A stretch of DNA of 48,863 nt from a virus (lineage: Duplodnaviria > Caudoviricetes). The position numbers and the translations under genes were made by a program. Within the stretch, counting starts at the first letter, position 1. The number at the start of each line of letters is the position of its first letter. The stretch lies in IMG/VR virus record IMGVR_UViG_3300017766_005395, positions 1 to 48,863 of that record. The stretch is one strand, 5' to 3'. The notes beneath the pieces were generated by a model. It saw only the letters and a program-made list of their open reading frames with translations, ran no database searches and was not told where the DNA came from. Shown here piece by piece: positions 37,055 to 45,853 of the stretch.

Positions 37055-38232
37055 AGCGGTTCTCCGTTCTTTTCTTCGATTAGTGAAAGGATTTTGTCGA
37101 ACAACCAGCTCTGCATGCGCCGGTCGAAGTCATTGCAATTTTGCGCGTTGTGAACCCACTCTTCCAGAAGGGTGGAGGCGACTTGCTTGGTGCCCATGTC
37201 GAACGCCAACGGCGAAAGATAAATCTGCCCGTTCAGCGCGCGGCCCATCACCCCGTCGCCCAAGCCGTCAACCACGTGAATCGGGAACTGAGATACTTTC
37301 ACCCCTGCGGAGCGCAAGAATTGCGAAGCCTTTTCGAGTTGTCGTTGTTGCACTGGGGTCAGCTCCACCACCGGCCACTCGCCCTCTTCCTCCGAGATCT
37401 TGCGCAGCATTGCACGCACGTGATCGCTCACAGGCCGGCCCTGCCGCATCAGTTCGCGCGCTGTGGCCAGCATAGCCTCGGAAGGCTCCGCGAGCATGTG
37501 CTGAAAGGTGAGTTCCCACTCCAAGGAGTCGCTTGTGGTGAGCGCTTTGCGCAACATCGCGCGGTCTTCGACTTGCTGCATCCAGGCCCGGCGAATCGGA
37601 TCTGTCCATTGGTGAGAGTACTTCGCCGTTCTGTCTTCGGTAAGCGCCAAAGCCTCCTTGATGTTGTAGGTGAACGCCCCGACTTTTTGGAGCTGCGCAA
37701 CTGCGATGCCGCGATAATAGACCATCAGCGAGGGGCGGTCATGAATCTCCACTGACTTGGTGATCAGCGCCGGGGTGCCTTCCAGAAAATAGAGGCCTTT
37801 CTTTTCGTGCGCGTCGGCAATCTGCTCGCAATCGACCGAGACGATCACGTCCCAGCACAGCGCCTCCTCAGGACTGCAAGTGACCTTGCCGCCTTCGTCG
37901 ACCGCGTTGCAGCGCAGCTCTCGGTAAGCTTGCCAAGGCTCCCACGTTGTTCCGAGGTGCGTTGTGAACCCGGCGTTCTCGCCGTTCACCTGCACGATTG
38001 CAAACTCCTTTCCTCGGACAGTTGTCGGCTGCACGGTGAATTCGAACTTTTCGTTGCTCTTCCCGTTCAACACAGAAATCTTGCCGCCCAACCGCAACAC
38101 TATTGCGATTGCGTACTTGAATCCGGTGCCGAAGAACCCGATGGCGTTGTCGCCTTCCTTCGCGCTGATCCCGAACGTGAGCATGGTGCGCACGTCGAAC
38201 TCGCCGTTGTTCACAAAATAAACCTTTCTCAT
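37051..38232 (-). CDS. GHKL/MORC-like ATPase fused to a zincin-like C-terminal domain
   Basis: FGISAKEGDNAIGFFGTGFKYA and YRELRCNAVDEGG; C-terminal GRALNGQIYLS...TLLEEWVH...D; ATG at 38232 with GGAGG RBS. Confidence 0.6.
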   Translation of the reverse strand: MRKVYFVNNGEFDVRTMLTFGISAKEGDNAIGFFGTGFKYAIAIVLRLGGKISVLNGKSNEKFEFTVQPTTVRGKEFAIVQVNGENAGFTTHLGTTWEPWQAYRELRCNAVDEGGKVTCSPEEALCWDVIVSVDCEQIADAHEKKGLYFLEGTPALITKSVEIHDRPSLMVYYRGIAVAQLQKVGAFTYNIKEALALTEDRTAKYSHQWTDPIRRAWMQQVEDRAMLRKALTTSDSLEWELTFQHMLAEPSEAMLATARELMRQGRPVSDHVRAMLRKISEEEGEWPVVELTPVQQRQLEKASQFLRSAGVKVSQFPIHVVDGLGDGVMGRALNGQIYLSPLAFDMGTKQVASTLLEEWVHNAQNCNDFDRRMQSWLFDKILSLIEEKNGEPL

Positions 38233-38405
38233 TTTTGCTCCTCCGGGCAACACAGCCCTTTCCAGTCACGGTCATAGACGCCTGCGGCCACATCGTCGCA
38301 GTATTGTTGTTCAGCGCGTTGCGCTTCTTGCTTGTCGGCGTTGCCGAACATTCCCAAAACGATCGTCACGGTTATTGCAGCTCCGAGAGCAGGCCAGTTT
38401 CTCAC
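38229..38405 (-). CDS. small membrane-anchored protein (58 aa)
   Basis: N-terminal hydrophobic helix then QYCDDVAAGVY..DWKGLC; 4-nt overlaps on both sides. Confidence 0.6.
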   Translation of the reverse strand: MRNWPALGAAITVTIVLGMFGNADKQEAQRAEQQYCDDVAAGVYDRDWKGLCCPEEQK

Positions 38406-38770
38406 TCCCACACCCCCTTCGGCAAAATTCCGGGGTGCTTCTTCACCATGCGAATGGCGAGTGCTTTTGCTTCGGGCAGCGCAGACTTGTGAGGCTTCAC
38501 TCCGATGCTGTGCCGGGGCAGAGTTTCGTCGTTGTGATTGATCAGCCGCAAACGCAACGCGGCGTGCTCGCCGGACTTCGCCACGCGCACTGAGTACGCG
38601 GTGTCGCAGAAAATCTGCCCCAGCACGTCCCACTGACCCTGAACTTTGACTTCCAAGCCGGGCCAACCGCGCTCCTCGAACGAGCGGTAGCGGCCTGTCG
38701 GCACAGGATCCACGCGCCAACGCACCTCGACGCAGGCTCTTTTGCCATTCAACGCAACTCGAATCTTCAC
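38402..38770 (-). CDS. hypothetical protein (122 aa)
   Basis: GTG at 38770 overlaps the HTH gene stop. Confidence 0.55.
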   Translation of the reverse strand: MKIRVALNGKRACVEVRWRVDPVPTGRYRSFEERGWPGLEVKVQGQWDVLGQIFCDTAYSVRVAKSGEHAALRLRLINHNDETLPRHSIGVKPHKSALPEAKALAIRMVKKHPGILPKGVWE

Positions 38771-39015
38771 GCAGCCACCCTCAAGCGGCGAGCGCCTTTC
38801 TTGATCTCGATGGCGTATCCGAGGCCAACAGCAACAGCAAAGAGGGTGTTGACGCGCGGAGAGACGACCCGGCCAGAAGCCCAGCCGTGGAGGGTGACCC
38901 AGTGCACCGAGCTGCGCTCGGCCAACTCGCGGATCTCTTGGCAATTGAGCTTGTGCAACTCGTCGATGATGGTGAGAAATATTGCGTGGCGGTTCTTCAA
39001 GTTGTTCGCTGACAT
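38767..39015 (-). CDS. XRE/Cro-like helix-turn-helix protein
   Basis: RELAERSSVHWVTLHGWASGRVVSPRVNTLFAVAVGLG. Confidence 0.75.
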   Translation of the reverse strand: MSANNLKNRHAIFLTIIDELHKLNCQEIRELAERSSVHWVTLHGWASGRVVSPRVNTLFAVAVGLGYAIEIKKGARRLRVAA

Positions 39016-39148
39016 TTTCAGTTCTCCGTTTGGCTGAGGGCGCCGAGTTCTGTTCCTAGGTTCGGCTGACCCGTGACGCTTGTGCGTTACATGGCTCAGC
39101 CCTCAGTGGTTGGTGGCAAAACATCTCTGTTTTCCTCAAAGCGAAGCC

Positions 39149-39177
39149 ATTGTCGCTCTAAATTTCCATCGAGGCAA
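39149..39177 (-). promoter_or_regulatory. putative sigma70-like promoter TTGCCT-N17-GACAAT
   Basis: Hexamers with 17-nt spacing in the AT-rich gap upstream of the HTH/accessory operon. Confidence 0.45.
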
Positions 39178-39195
39178 CTGTTTATTGCGAAATAT

Positions 39196-40743
39196 TCAAA
39201 TATAATTCAAAATGCGATCCGCAACCTCTTCTTTGTTCTGCAGCGCGGTGGTCACCCGCTCGTCGGCGGTGTCCTGCGCCACGATGTCGATGTACAGCAC
39301 GTGCCCCTCGTAATTCCCGGTGGTGCCGATGCGGTGATTGCGGTCTTCAGATTGGAGTCGTTTCTCCAAAGAGAAGTCCCGGTTGTAGTAGACCGCCGTG
39401 TCGGCGGCCGTGAGGGTCAATCCGATGCCGCCTGCGTCCGCCGTTCCGAGGAAACACCGGGCGTCGCCGCGCTGGAAAGCGTCCACGGCCTCCTCGCGAT
39501 CGGTCTTGCTGGTGATCAGGCCGTGGTATTCGACGCAACTGATGCCCAGCGCGTCCAGCTCCTCGCGTACTTGCGCCAGCTCCTCGTGGAACGAGCACCA
39601 AACGATGAACTGCCCCTCCAAGTCCTCCAGCACCTCGCGCAGCACGGCCAGCTTCGGGTTCTCGGCAGAGGCGATCAGCCGGGTGCCGCGCCCGTCGAGA
39701 TTGATGAATCCGGAGGCGATCTGGCGGAGCTTGGTGGTCAGAGTCAGCGCGGTGAACTTGTCGACTTGTCCGTTGTCGCGGATCCAACGCAGCTGTTCGC
39801 AGACGGCGGTGTAGTCGCGGCGCTGCGCCGGGGTGAGCTCGAAGTAGACTGTCTGGTAGACCTTCGGCGGCAGATCCAGGCAGTCCTTCTTCAGCACCCG
39901 GAACACGTGCGGCGCCATCAATCCGCGCAGCTTTTCGAGGTTGCGCCAGCGCTTGGTTCCGTCAGGATTTTGCAAAATGATCTGCGGGAGCTGCAACATG
40001 TCGCCTCGGCCGAGATCCTCTCCCGCGCGCAACTTTTCCAGCACTTTCTTCGCCTGCGGCCGGGTGGAGCGCGCGAGGATGTCGCGCACCAACGAGGCTT
40101 CCGGGCGCATCAGCTCGGCGTACTCAGCCACGAACGCGCGGTAACTGCGGGTACCGAGCAGCCCGGCGCCGGGGGCCATCACTTCGAATTGACCGAATAG
40201 GTCTAGCGGCGAGTTGGCGATCATCGTGCCCGAGGCAATTCGGCGCACTCGGCAACGCTCCGCAAGCATGACGGCTTGCTTGGTGCGCCCGGCGCTCAGG
40301 TTCTTCACGCGGGTCGACTCGTCCACGATCAACTCCACGTCGCCCTTGTGCGCGCGGATGAACGCCGCCGCGAACTCGACGCCTTTCTTGGTGTTCAGCG
40401 CGTCCACGTTCATGGAGAACACTCGCAACACGTCGGGGTCGTGCGCCTTGAGCATGTCGGCCATGGAACGGGTCTTGCGCACCCCGGCGCCGCTCTGCCA
40501 GCTTTCGGTTTGCACGGGAATGTCCATGTGCGCGGGGATCTCGCGGCGAGTCCAGTTGGTGTGCACCCCGTTCGGAGCGATCACGAGTGAGGCCTTGATC
40601 ACGCGATTGAGGAAGAGCCGCTCCGCGTCCGCGAGCAGCATCCAAGTCTTCCCGGTGCCCTGCTCCGCGCCGAGGCCGTAGTGTTCCTTGCCGTCCATGC
40701 GCTCCAGCCCTGTGACTTGGTGCGCCATTGGTTTCGTTTTCAT
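39196..40743 (-). CDS. SNF2-family helicase/ATPase
   Basis: EQGTGKT, IVDEST, SGTMIANSPLDLFGQ, GGIGLTLTAA and QSEDRNHRIG motifs. Confidence 0.9.
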   Translation of the reverse strand: MKTKPMAHQVTGLERMDGKEHYGLGAEQGTGKTWMLLADAERLFLNRVIKASLVIAPNGVHTNWTRREIPAHMDIPVQTESWQSGAGVRKTRSMADMLKAHDPDVLRVFSMNVDALNTKKGVEFAAAFIRAHKGDVELIVDESTRVKNLSAGRTKQAVMLAERCRVRRIASGTMIANSPLDLFGQFEVMAPGAGLLGTRSYRAFVAEYAELMRPEASLVRDILARSTRPQAKKVLEKLRAGEDLGRGDMLQLPQIILQNPDGTKRWRNLEKLRGLMAPHVFRVLKKDCLDLPPKVYQTVYFELTPAQRRDYTAVCEQLRWIRDNGQVDKFTALTLTTKLRQIASGFINLDGRGTRLIASAENPKLAVLREVLEDLEGQFIVWCSFHEELAQVREELDALGISCVEYHGLITSKTDREEAVDAFQRGDARCFLGTADAGGIGLTLTAADTAVYYNRDFSLEKRLQSEDRNHRIGTTGNYEGHVLYIDIVAQDTADERVTTALQNKEEVADRILNYI

Positions 40744-41177
40744 TCGCGACCCTCCATCAATCGTCCAAACACGTCAGCCCAAGAGTCGCACCGGCACATC
40801 AGCCAGCAGCGATCTTCCAGCGCCTCTTTTGCTGTGAGCTCGTTCAGCTTCAGCACCCGTTCTCCAGGGAACAACCACAGCGTTTTCACTCCGCCAATTT
40901 CGCGCCGCGCGAGCACGTAGGTCGGGGTCTTCCACGCGGCCGCCGCGAGGTGCCAAGTTTCCTGGCTGTTGCGCACCTTCGAGTCTGAACACAAGAACGC
41001 ACCGACGACCCCGGTGCTCTTCGGCGCCTTCAACTCGACCCAACCGTGGCGGAGGGGAGCTTGGAAGTAGACGTCGGGGGTGCCGTCGCCCACCAGATTT
41101 TCGATCCGCTCCAGCGAGATGTTTTGAGGCTTGTGGCTCTTCATGGAGTCCCACACGCGCTGTTCCCTAGTTCTCAT
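40740..41177 (-). CDS. PD-(D/E)XK nuclease (VRR-NUC/resolvase-like)
   Basis: RE..VW, RIEN...GTPDV...WVELK...SQ..WH pattern. Confidence 0.75.
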   Translation of the reverse strand: MRTREQRVWDSMKSHKPQNISLERIENLVGDGTPDVYFQAPLRHGWVELKAPKSTGVVGAFLCSDSKVRNSQETWHLAAAAWKTPTYVLARREIGGVKTLWLFPGERVLKLNELTAKEALEDRCWLMCRCDSWADVFGRLMEGRE

Positions 41178-43944
41178 CGAACAACCTCGGATTGCTCAGG
41201 CACTTCACCTTCTCCACGATCATCATTGAAAATTGTTGCAGCCACCGGCCACGCACCAGCAGCCACTCCTTTCCGTCCACCGCCTTGTCGGCCAGCGGAA
41301 TGCCCAGCGCTTCCCACTGCGCCGGGCGCACTCTGGCGAGCACCGGCTTGCTGACGGAGTCGTCCACCACGAACAGGTCCAGGAACAGCGTTTGGCCTTC
41401 CTTCAGGAACCCGCGAGCGGAGGCGCGCACGGTCTCGTTTTCGTCGCGGCGCTCCTTGCGCACGACCTTGCAGATCACCACCGCGTTGTCGCCCTCCTCC
41501 AGAGCGGTGAACTCCCGGATTCGCCCTCGCACGTTCATTGAGGCGGGGTCGCGGTACAAGTCGCCCCACAGCGCGTGCGCCGGGTAGAGCTCCTTGTTCT
41601 TGATTGGCAGCTTTTCCAACCGAGCCAAGTCGGCGGGCGACAGCCCGGTGGAGTTGCGCTTGGCAATGTATTGGGCGGCCTTCACTGGACCGACCCCGAC
41701 GAGGTTGCGATAGCCGCCAACGACCTTGCCGTCTTTCGCGGCCCAATTCTGTTCGGAAAGCGCCGGGTCGAACGCTACGTACTCCACCCCTTCGGTGCGC
41801 AGCTCGCGTAGGATCTCGATCGCCTGATCGTCGTCCTTGGCGGAGCGCAGGCACGCCGCCGCGTACTCCAGCGGGTGGTAGCGCTTCATGTACGCGCACC
41901 AGTAACTGATCACCGCGTACGAGGTGGTGTGGGACTTGTTCATGCCCCAAGCACCGAACGAACAGATCTCATTCCAGATTTCGTCAGCCTGCTCCGCGCT
42001 GATGCCGTTCTCGGCGGCGCCTTCGCGGAACATCCGGCCGCGCTGATCGAAGAATTCCTTGCCTTTGCGGCCCGACATTGCCTTGCGGATTGTGGAGGTT
42101 TCCTCCCACGAGAACTTCCCCAGCTCGCGCACAACGCGCATGACCTGCTCTTGGTAGAGCACAACGCCCATCGTCTCGCCGAGGTAAGTTTCCATCGATG
42201 GGTGTTTGTAGGCCACGGGTTCGCGCCCGGCGTTGCGGTTGATGTAGTGGCCTGCAGCGCCGCCGCCGAGCGGGCCGGGGCGGGCGAGCGCGGTGATGTG
42301 GTCGATCTGTTGGAATGCCACAACGGGCACCTGCACAGACACCCGCCGTTGCGCGGCGCCTTCGAACTGGAAGATGCCGGAGAACTTCGCGGAGTTGAAG
42401 ATGCTGAGCACCTCAGGATCGTCGAGCTTGAGCGCGTAGAGCTGCTCGGCAGTGATGCAGCCGGTGTCCTCGATCACCCCCAGAGTGCGCAGGCCGAGCG
42501 CGTCGATCTTCAGCAGGTTGAGGTCCTCGGCGTCCTTCTTGTCCAGTTGCGCGACTCCATTGCGCACTGTGCAGTAGTCGGTCACCGGCTCGTTGGAAAC
42601 GATAATCCCAGCGGCGTGCACCCCGGTGTGGGACGCGTGATTTTCCAGCGCCGACATCAACGCGGCCTCGGGGTACTTGGCCATGAAGTCCTTGCCCGGT
42701 TGCGTGTTGGCGAGGGTGTCTTCGAGTCCCTTGCCGTAGCGGGAGTCGCCCGAGGAGTACTCAATCAGCACGTTCAGAACGGGGAACGTCGCTCCATGCG
42801 GCACTGCCATTTTCTTGCCCACGTGCGCCATCACCGACCGGGGCTTCAAGGTGCTCAGCGAGCCGATCCGGCCCACGTTGGCGGCGCCGTATTTGTCGGC
42901 CAAGTACGTGAAGCACAGCTCCCGCTTCTGGTCGTTGAAGTCGATGTCGATGTCGGGCAGGTCGTTGCGATTGATGTCGATGAACCGCTCGAAGAGCAGG
43001 CCGTGCGGAATTGGGTCCACCTCGGTGATGCGCAGCAGGTAACAAACCAGCGATCCTGCCGAGGAGCCGCGCGCCGGGCCGACGAGCATGCGCTCCTTTG
43101 CCCAAACAACCAAGTCCGCCACCACTATGAAGTAGCTCTCGAATTGCTTCTGGCCGATCATGTCCAGCTCGCGCAGGAGCCGCGCTTCGTACTCATCGTT
43201 CCAGCCGGGCAGGTGGCCAGCCTCCAAGCGGTACCGCTGCCCAGCGCGCACCAGCGCGGTCAGGTCGCCTTCCACGGAGATTATCGGTGCCACAGGCAAC
43301 GGCCGGCGCGGAATTCGCTCGGCGACTTCGAACGCTCCGCGCCACGCGGCTCGGAACTCGTCGTCAGACAAGAACCAGAACGCAGCGCGCAGCTCTGGTT
43401 CGGTAGCCAACAGGTGCTGAGGGGTGACGCGGGCGTTGTCGGCCCAAGCCAAGAATGCAGGACGTTCTTCGGGGGTGGGGTAATCATTCGCGCCGGTCAA
43501 CACCAACGGCTTCCCGGTGCGTTGCGAGAGCGCGACCGCTGCGCGCGCGGCCTTGATGGATTGCGGGTTGACGTCCACGTAATCGAAGCACTGCGGGTCT
43601 GCCAGCGCGTTGCCGGCGAACCGGAGCACCCCCGGCGCGCTCATCCAGCCCTCCTCGGTGCGCGGAGCGGCCGAGCTGAAGCGGTAGAATGCCTTGTGGT
43701 CCTCGGCGAGCGCCCAAGCCACCAGCTTGTTCTCCAGCGGGAACTCAGCGCCGTACCCACAGGCAAGCCCACGCTTGGTCAACTCCTTTTGCCAGCGCAC
43801 GTGTCCCCACGTTCCGGACGAGTCCACAATGCAGGCCAGCTCCGTGCCCAGCGCGGCCAAGCGCTCCGCCACCAGCGGGATCGGGCCGTAGGCCTTGCGG
43901 AACGAACACTCAGTGCGCACTCGCAGTTGTGGGAAAGAAGTCAA
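41167..43944 (-). CDS. dnaE: DNA polymerase III alpha subunit (family C)
   Basis: VGPARGSSAGSLV.Y, LLFERF, PDIDIDF, HAAG, KIDALGL, YQEQVM and NKSH motifs; probable TTG start at 43944 after AGGAG. Confidence 0.95.
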   Translation of the reverse strand: MTSFPQLRVRTECSFRKAYGPIPLVAERLAALGTELACIVDSSGTWGHVRWQKELTKRGLACGYGAEFPLENKLVAWALAEDHKAFYRFSSAAPRTEEGWMSAPGVLRFAGNALADPQCFDYVDVNPQSIKAARAAVALSQRTGKPLVLTGANDYPTPEERPAFLAWADNARVTPQHLLATEPELRAAFWFLSDDEFRAAWRGAFEVAERIPRRPLPVAPIISVEGDLTALVRAGQRYRLEAGHLPGWNDEYEARLLRELDMIGQKQFESYFIVVADLVVWAKERMLVGPARGSSAGSLVCYLLRITEVDPIPHGLLFERFIDINRNDLPDIDIDFNDQKRELCFTYLADKYGAANVGRIGSLSTLKPRSVMAHVGKKMAVPHGATFPVLNVLIEYSSGDSRYGKGLEDTLANTQPGKDFMAKYPEAALMSALENHASHTGVHAAGIIVSNEPVTDYCTVRNGVAQLDKKDAEDLNLLKIDALGLRTLGVIEDTGCITAEQLYALKLDDPEVLSIFNSAKFSGIFQFEGAAQRRVSVQVPVVAFQQIDHITALARPGPLGGGAAGHYINRNAGREPVAYKHPSMETYLGETMGVVLYQEQVMRVVRELGKFSWEETSTIRKAMSGRKGKEFFDQRGRMFREGAAENGISAEQADEIWNEICSFGAWGMNKSHTTSYAVISYWCAYMKRYHPLEYAAACLRSAKDDDQAIEILRELRTEGVEYVAFDPALSEQNWAAKDGKVVGGYRNLVGVGPVKAAQYIAKRNSTGLSPADLARLEKLPIKNKELYPAHALWGDLYRDPASMNVRGRIREFTALEEGDNAVVICKVVRKERRDENETVRASARGFLKEGQTLFLDLFVVDDSVSKPVLARVRPAQWEALGIPLADKAVDGKEWLLVRGRWLQQFSMMIVEKVKCLSNPRLFDEN

Positions 43945-44470
43945 GGTACCGCTCCTGAATGACAATTTCTGTGAGCTTGTGCACGTCGTCCAAGGCTCGG
44001 TGTTTTTGCATAAAGATCTTGCCGGTGGCGGCCTCGTAAAGCTCGATCAGCTTCGGGCGCCGCCCCCACGCAGGTTCATTTTCTTGAACCGTGCACAACT
44101 CCCAACGCGGCCAAGGGAAATCGATCACCCCGGCGCGCACCAACTCGTAGTGGAGGATGGCCTTGTCGAACGGAAGGTTGTGCGCGATCAATACGTCCGC
44201 CCCCACGAAGAACTCCCGGATCTGCGGGAGCAACTCTATGAAAGGCGGCTCGTCCACCAAGTCCTCGTCGGTGAGCCCGGTGATCTTGGTGATTATCGGT
44301 TCCAGCGCAACGCCGGGATTGACCAGCAGCTCCAGCTCGCGCAGGATCCGTTGCGAGGGCCACTCCAGCAGCACAGCGCCCACCTCAATCATTCTCGGTT
44401 GGGTGCTGAGCTTTGCGTTGGGATGATTGACCAACCCGGTGGTCTCGGTGTCCAGCACGATCGCTTTCAC
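43910..44470 (-). CDS. DEDDh 3'-5' exonuclease (epsilon-like)
   Basis: LDTETTG, AHNLPFD and HRALDDV motifs. Confidence 0.9.
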   Translation of the reverse strand: MKAIVLDTETTGLVNHPNAKLSTQPRMIEVGAVLLEWPSQRILRELELLVNPGVALEPIITKITGLTDEDLVDEPPFIELLPQIREFFVGADVLIAHNLPFDKAILHYELVRAGVIDFPWPRWELCTVQENEPAWGRRPKLIELYEAATGKIFMQKHRALDDVHKLTEIVIQERYLDFFPTTASAH

Positions 44471-44472
44471 GG

Positions 44473-44658
44473 CTACGCCGGCTGCGCTGGAGCTTTAGGC
44501 GGCTTGTCTTCCAAAGTGACCACGAACGTCCTCTGGAGCACGTCGCAGACCACTCCGGTGACGACCTGATCGGTGCTGTATTGCATGTGGCCGTTCAAGA
44601 TCGCGATCATCGTCTCGGTGTTCAAGTGGTAAATGTTCTTGCCAACTCCGCCCTTCAT
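44473..44658 (-). CDS. hypothetical protein (61 aa)
   Basis: ATG at 44658 overlaps the VOC gene stop. Confidence 0.5.
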   Translation of the reverse strand: MKGGVGKNIYHLNTETMIAILNGHMQYSTDQVVTGVVCDVLQRTFVVTLEDKPPKAPAQPA

Positions 44659-45137
44659 TGCGCCACCCCCGGTCCGATGTTGCGGCGCACGATGAACTTC
44701 ACGTCCACCCCCAAAATGGCGCGCGTGTCGAAAATCACATAATGGTAGCGGCGAGAGTCTTTGATCGCTGGGTTGGTGTGGCTGTCGGTGCGCACCTCTT
44801 GCGCGACCGGGATGTTGCGCGCAGAGAAGAACTCGGTCCACTGAGTCAACTCCTCTTCCGTGCAGTGCATCCCGATATGGCTGACGCGGCCTTCGTGCCC
44901 GGCCATCCAGTTGTCGCCTCGGGTGTAGTAGAGCAGCTCCAGCTCGTTGCCGCTCATGGCGGAGTAGTTGAATGCGAGGTTGGCGGTGTTACTCGCTGCC
45001 CAGCCACCAACCGTTCCTGTGGCGGCCACGGTGTCGTCGGTCCAGGGACCGATCCCCATAGCCTCCAACAACTCGCGCGCGGCGACCGGGTCATTGGGGC
45101 AAAGGGCAACTTGTTCGATTCGGAATTTCAGGCTCAT
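44655..45137 (-). CDS. VOC/glyoxalase-superfamily protein
   Basis: IEQVAL...A.ELL..MG, ELELL and VSHIGMH match the paired beta-alpha-beta-beta-beta VOC pattern. Confidence 0.65.
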   Translation of the reverse strand: MSLKFRIEQVALCPNDPVAARELLEAMGIGPWTDDTVAATGTVGGWAASNTANLAFNYSAMSGNELELLYYTRGDNWMAGHEGRVSHIGMHCTEEELTQWTEFFSARNIPVAQEVRTDSHTNPAIKDSRRYHYVIFDTRAILGVDVKFIVRRNIGPGVAQ

Positions 45138-45139
45138 TT

Positions 45140-45853
45140 TCAGGCTCCGTACGGGATGTCACAGCCGGTGAGGAACTTGTGACGGTCTTTGTTGGACAAC
45201 AGGAATGCGATGAATTCGGCGAGCTGTTCGGGCGGAGTTTCCTCGCCGGTGAGCAGCGCGCTCTTTTGGTAAGCAGCGGCTTGCTCGGGGGTCCAGTTGC
45301 GCTTTTCACAAACTTGACGCTCGATCTCGCGGCTCATTCCGGTGCCGGACAGCTTGTTGGGGGACACGGAGAACACCGTGATTCCGTCGGAGGAAAGCTC
45401 ACGGGCGAGTTGCTTGGTGACCATCAGCGCGGCCGCCTTGCTGGCGTTGTAGGCGAGCGAGCAGCGCATCGGAACGTGCGCCGCGTTGGAGACGATGTTG
45501 AGGACGGTGCCCCGAGTGGCGCGCAGTTGCGGAAGGAAGAACTGCGTCATCTTCCACATCGCCTTCGCGTTCACATTCATCGTCGCGTCCCAGTCCTCGT
45601 CAGTGGCCTCTGCCAGCCACGCCTGCTTGTTGATGCCTGCGCAGTTGATGATCACGTCCACCGGGTTGTTGGGCCCGAACGGCCAAAGACCGTCGAAGCG
45701 CTCCGGCGCGGCGGCGTCGCACTGCACTCCGTCCGCGATGTCCATGCTCAGCACAGCCAATGGCGCGCCGCTGGCCCCGAACTTTTGACTCAACAGTGCC
45801 GTTCGGATTGCACTGCCGAGGCCGCCCGCGGCTCCTGTAATGATTACGTTCAT
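45140..45853 (-). CDS. short-chain dehydrogenase/reductase
   Basis: TGAAGGLG, INCAG, NIVS and catalytic YNASK. Confidence 0.9.
   Translation of the reverse strand: MNVIITGAAGGLGSAIRTALLSQKFGASGAPLAVLSMDIADGVQCDAAAPERFDGLWPFGPNNPVDVIINCAGINKQAWLAEATDEDWDATMNVNAKAMWKMTQFFLPQLRATRGTVLNIVSNAAHVPMRCSLAYNASKAAALMVTKQLARELSSDGITVFSVSPNKLSGTGMSREIERQVCEKRNWTPEQAAAYQKSALLTGEETPPEQLAEFIAFLLSNKDRHKFLTGCDIPYGA

Noticed and set aside
38767-39015. HTH gene as evidence for a temperate lifestyle or prophage
   Set aside because: No integrase, divergent repressor pair, att site or host genes in the window; lifestyle cannot be settled because the genome is incomplete.
39034-39106. tRNA-like cloverleaf
   Set aside because: Only three stems, with no proper anticodon arm or T-loop position and no CCA; kept only as a generic structured element.
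41875-43962. Long + strand ORF (695 aa) and similar antisense ORFs (2155..3762, 7467..8615, 30115..31593, 46713..48494)
   Set aside because: They shadow well-supported genes on the opposite strand; expected from high-GC codon bias and lack recognisable motifs.
43910-43965. Programmed frameshift fusing the exonuclease to DnaE
   Set aside because: DnaE has its own AGGAG plus TTG start at 43944 and no convincing slippery site; simple overlap suffices.
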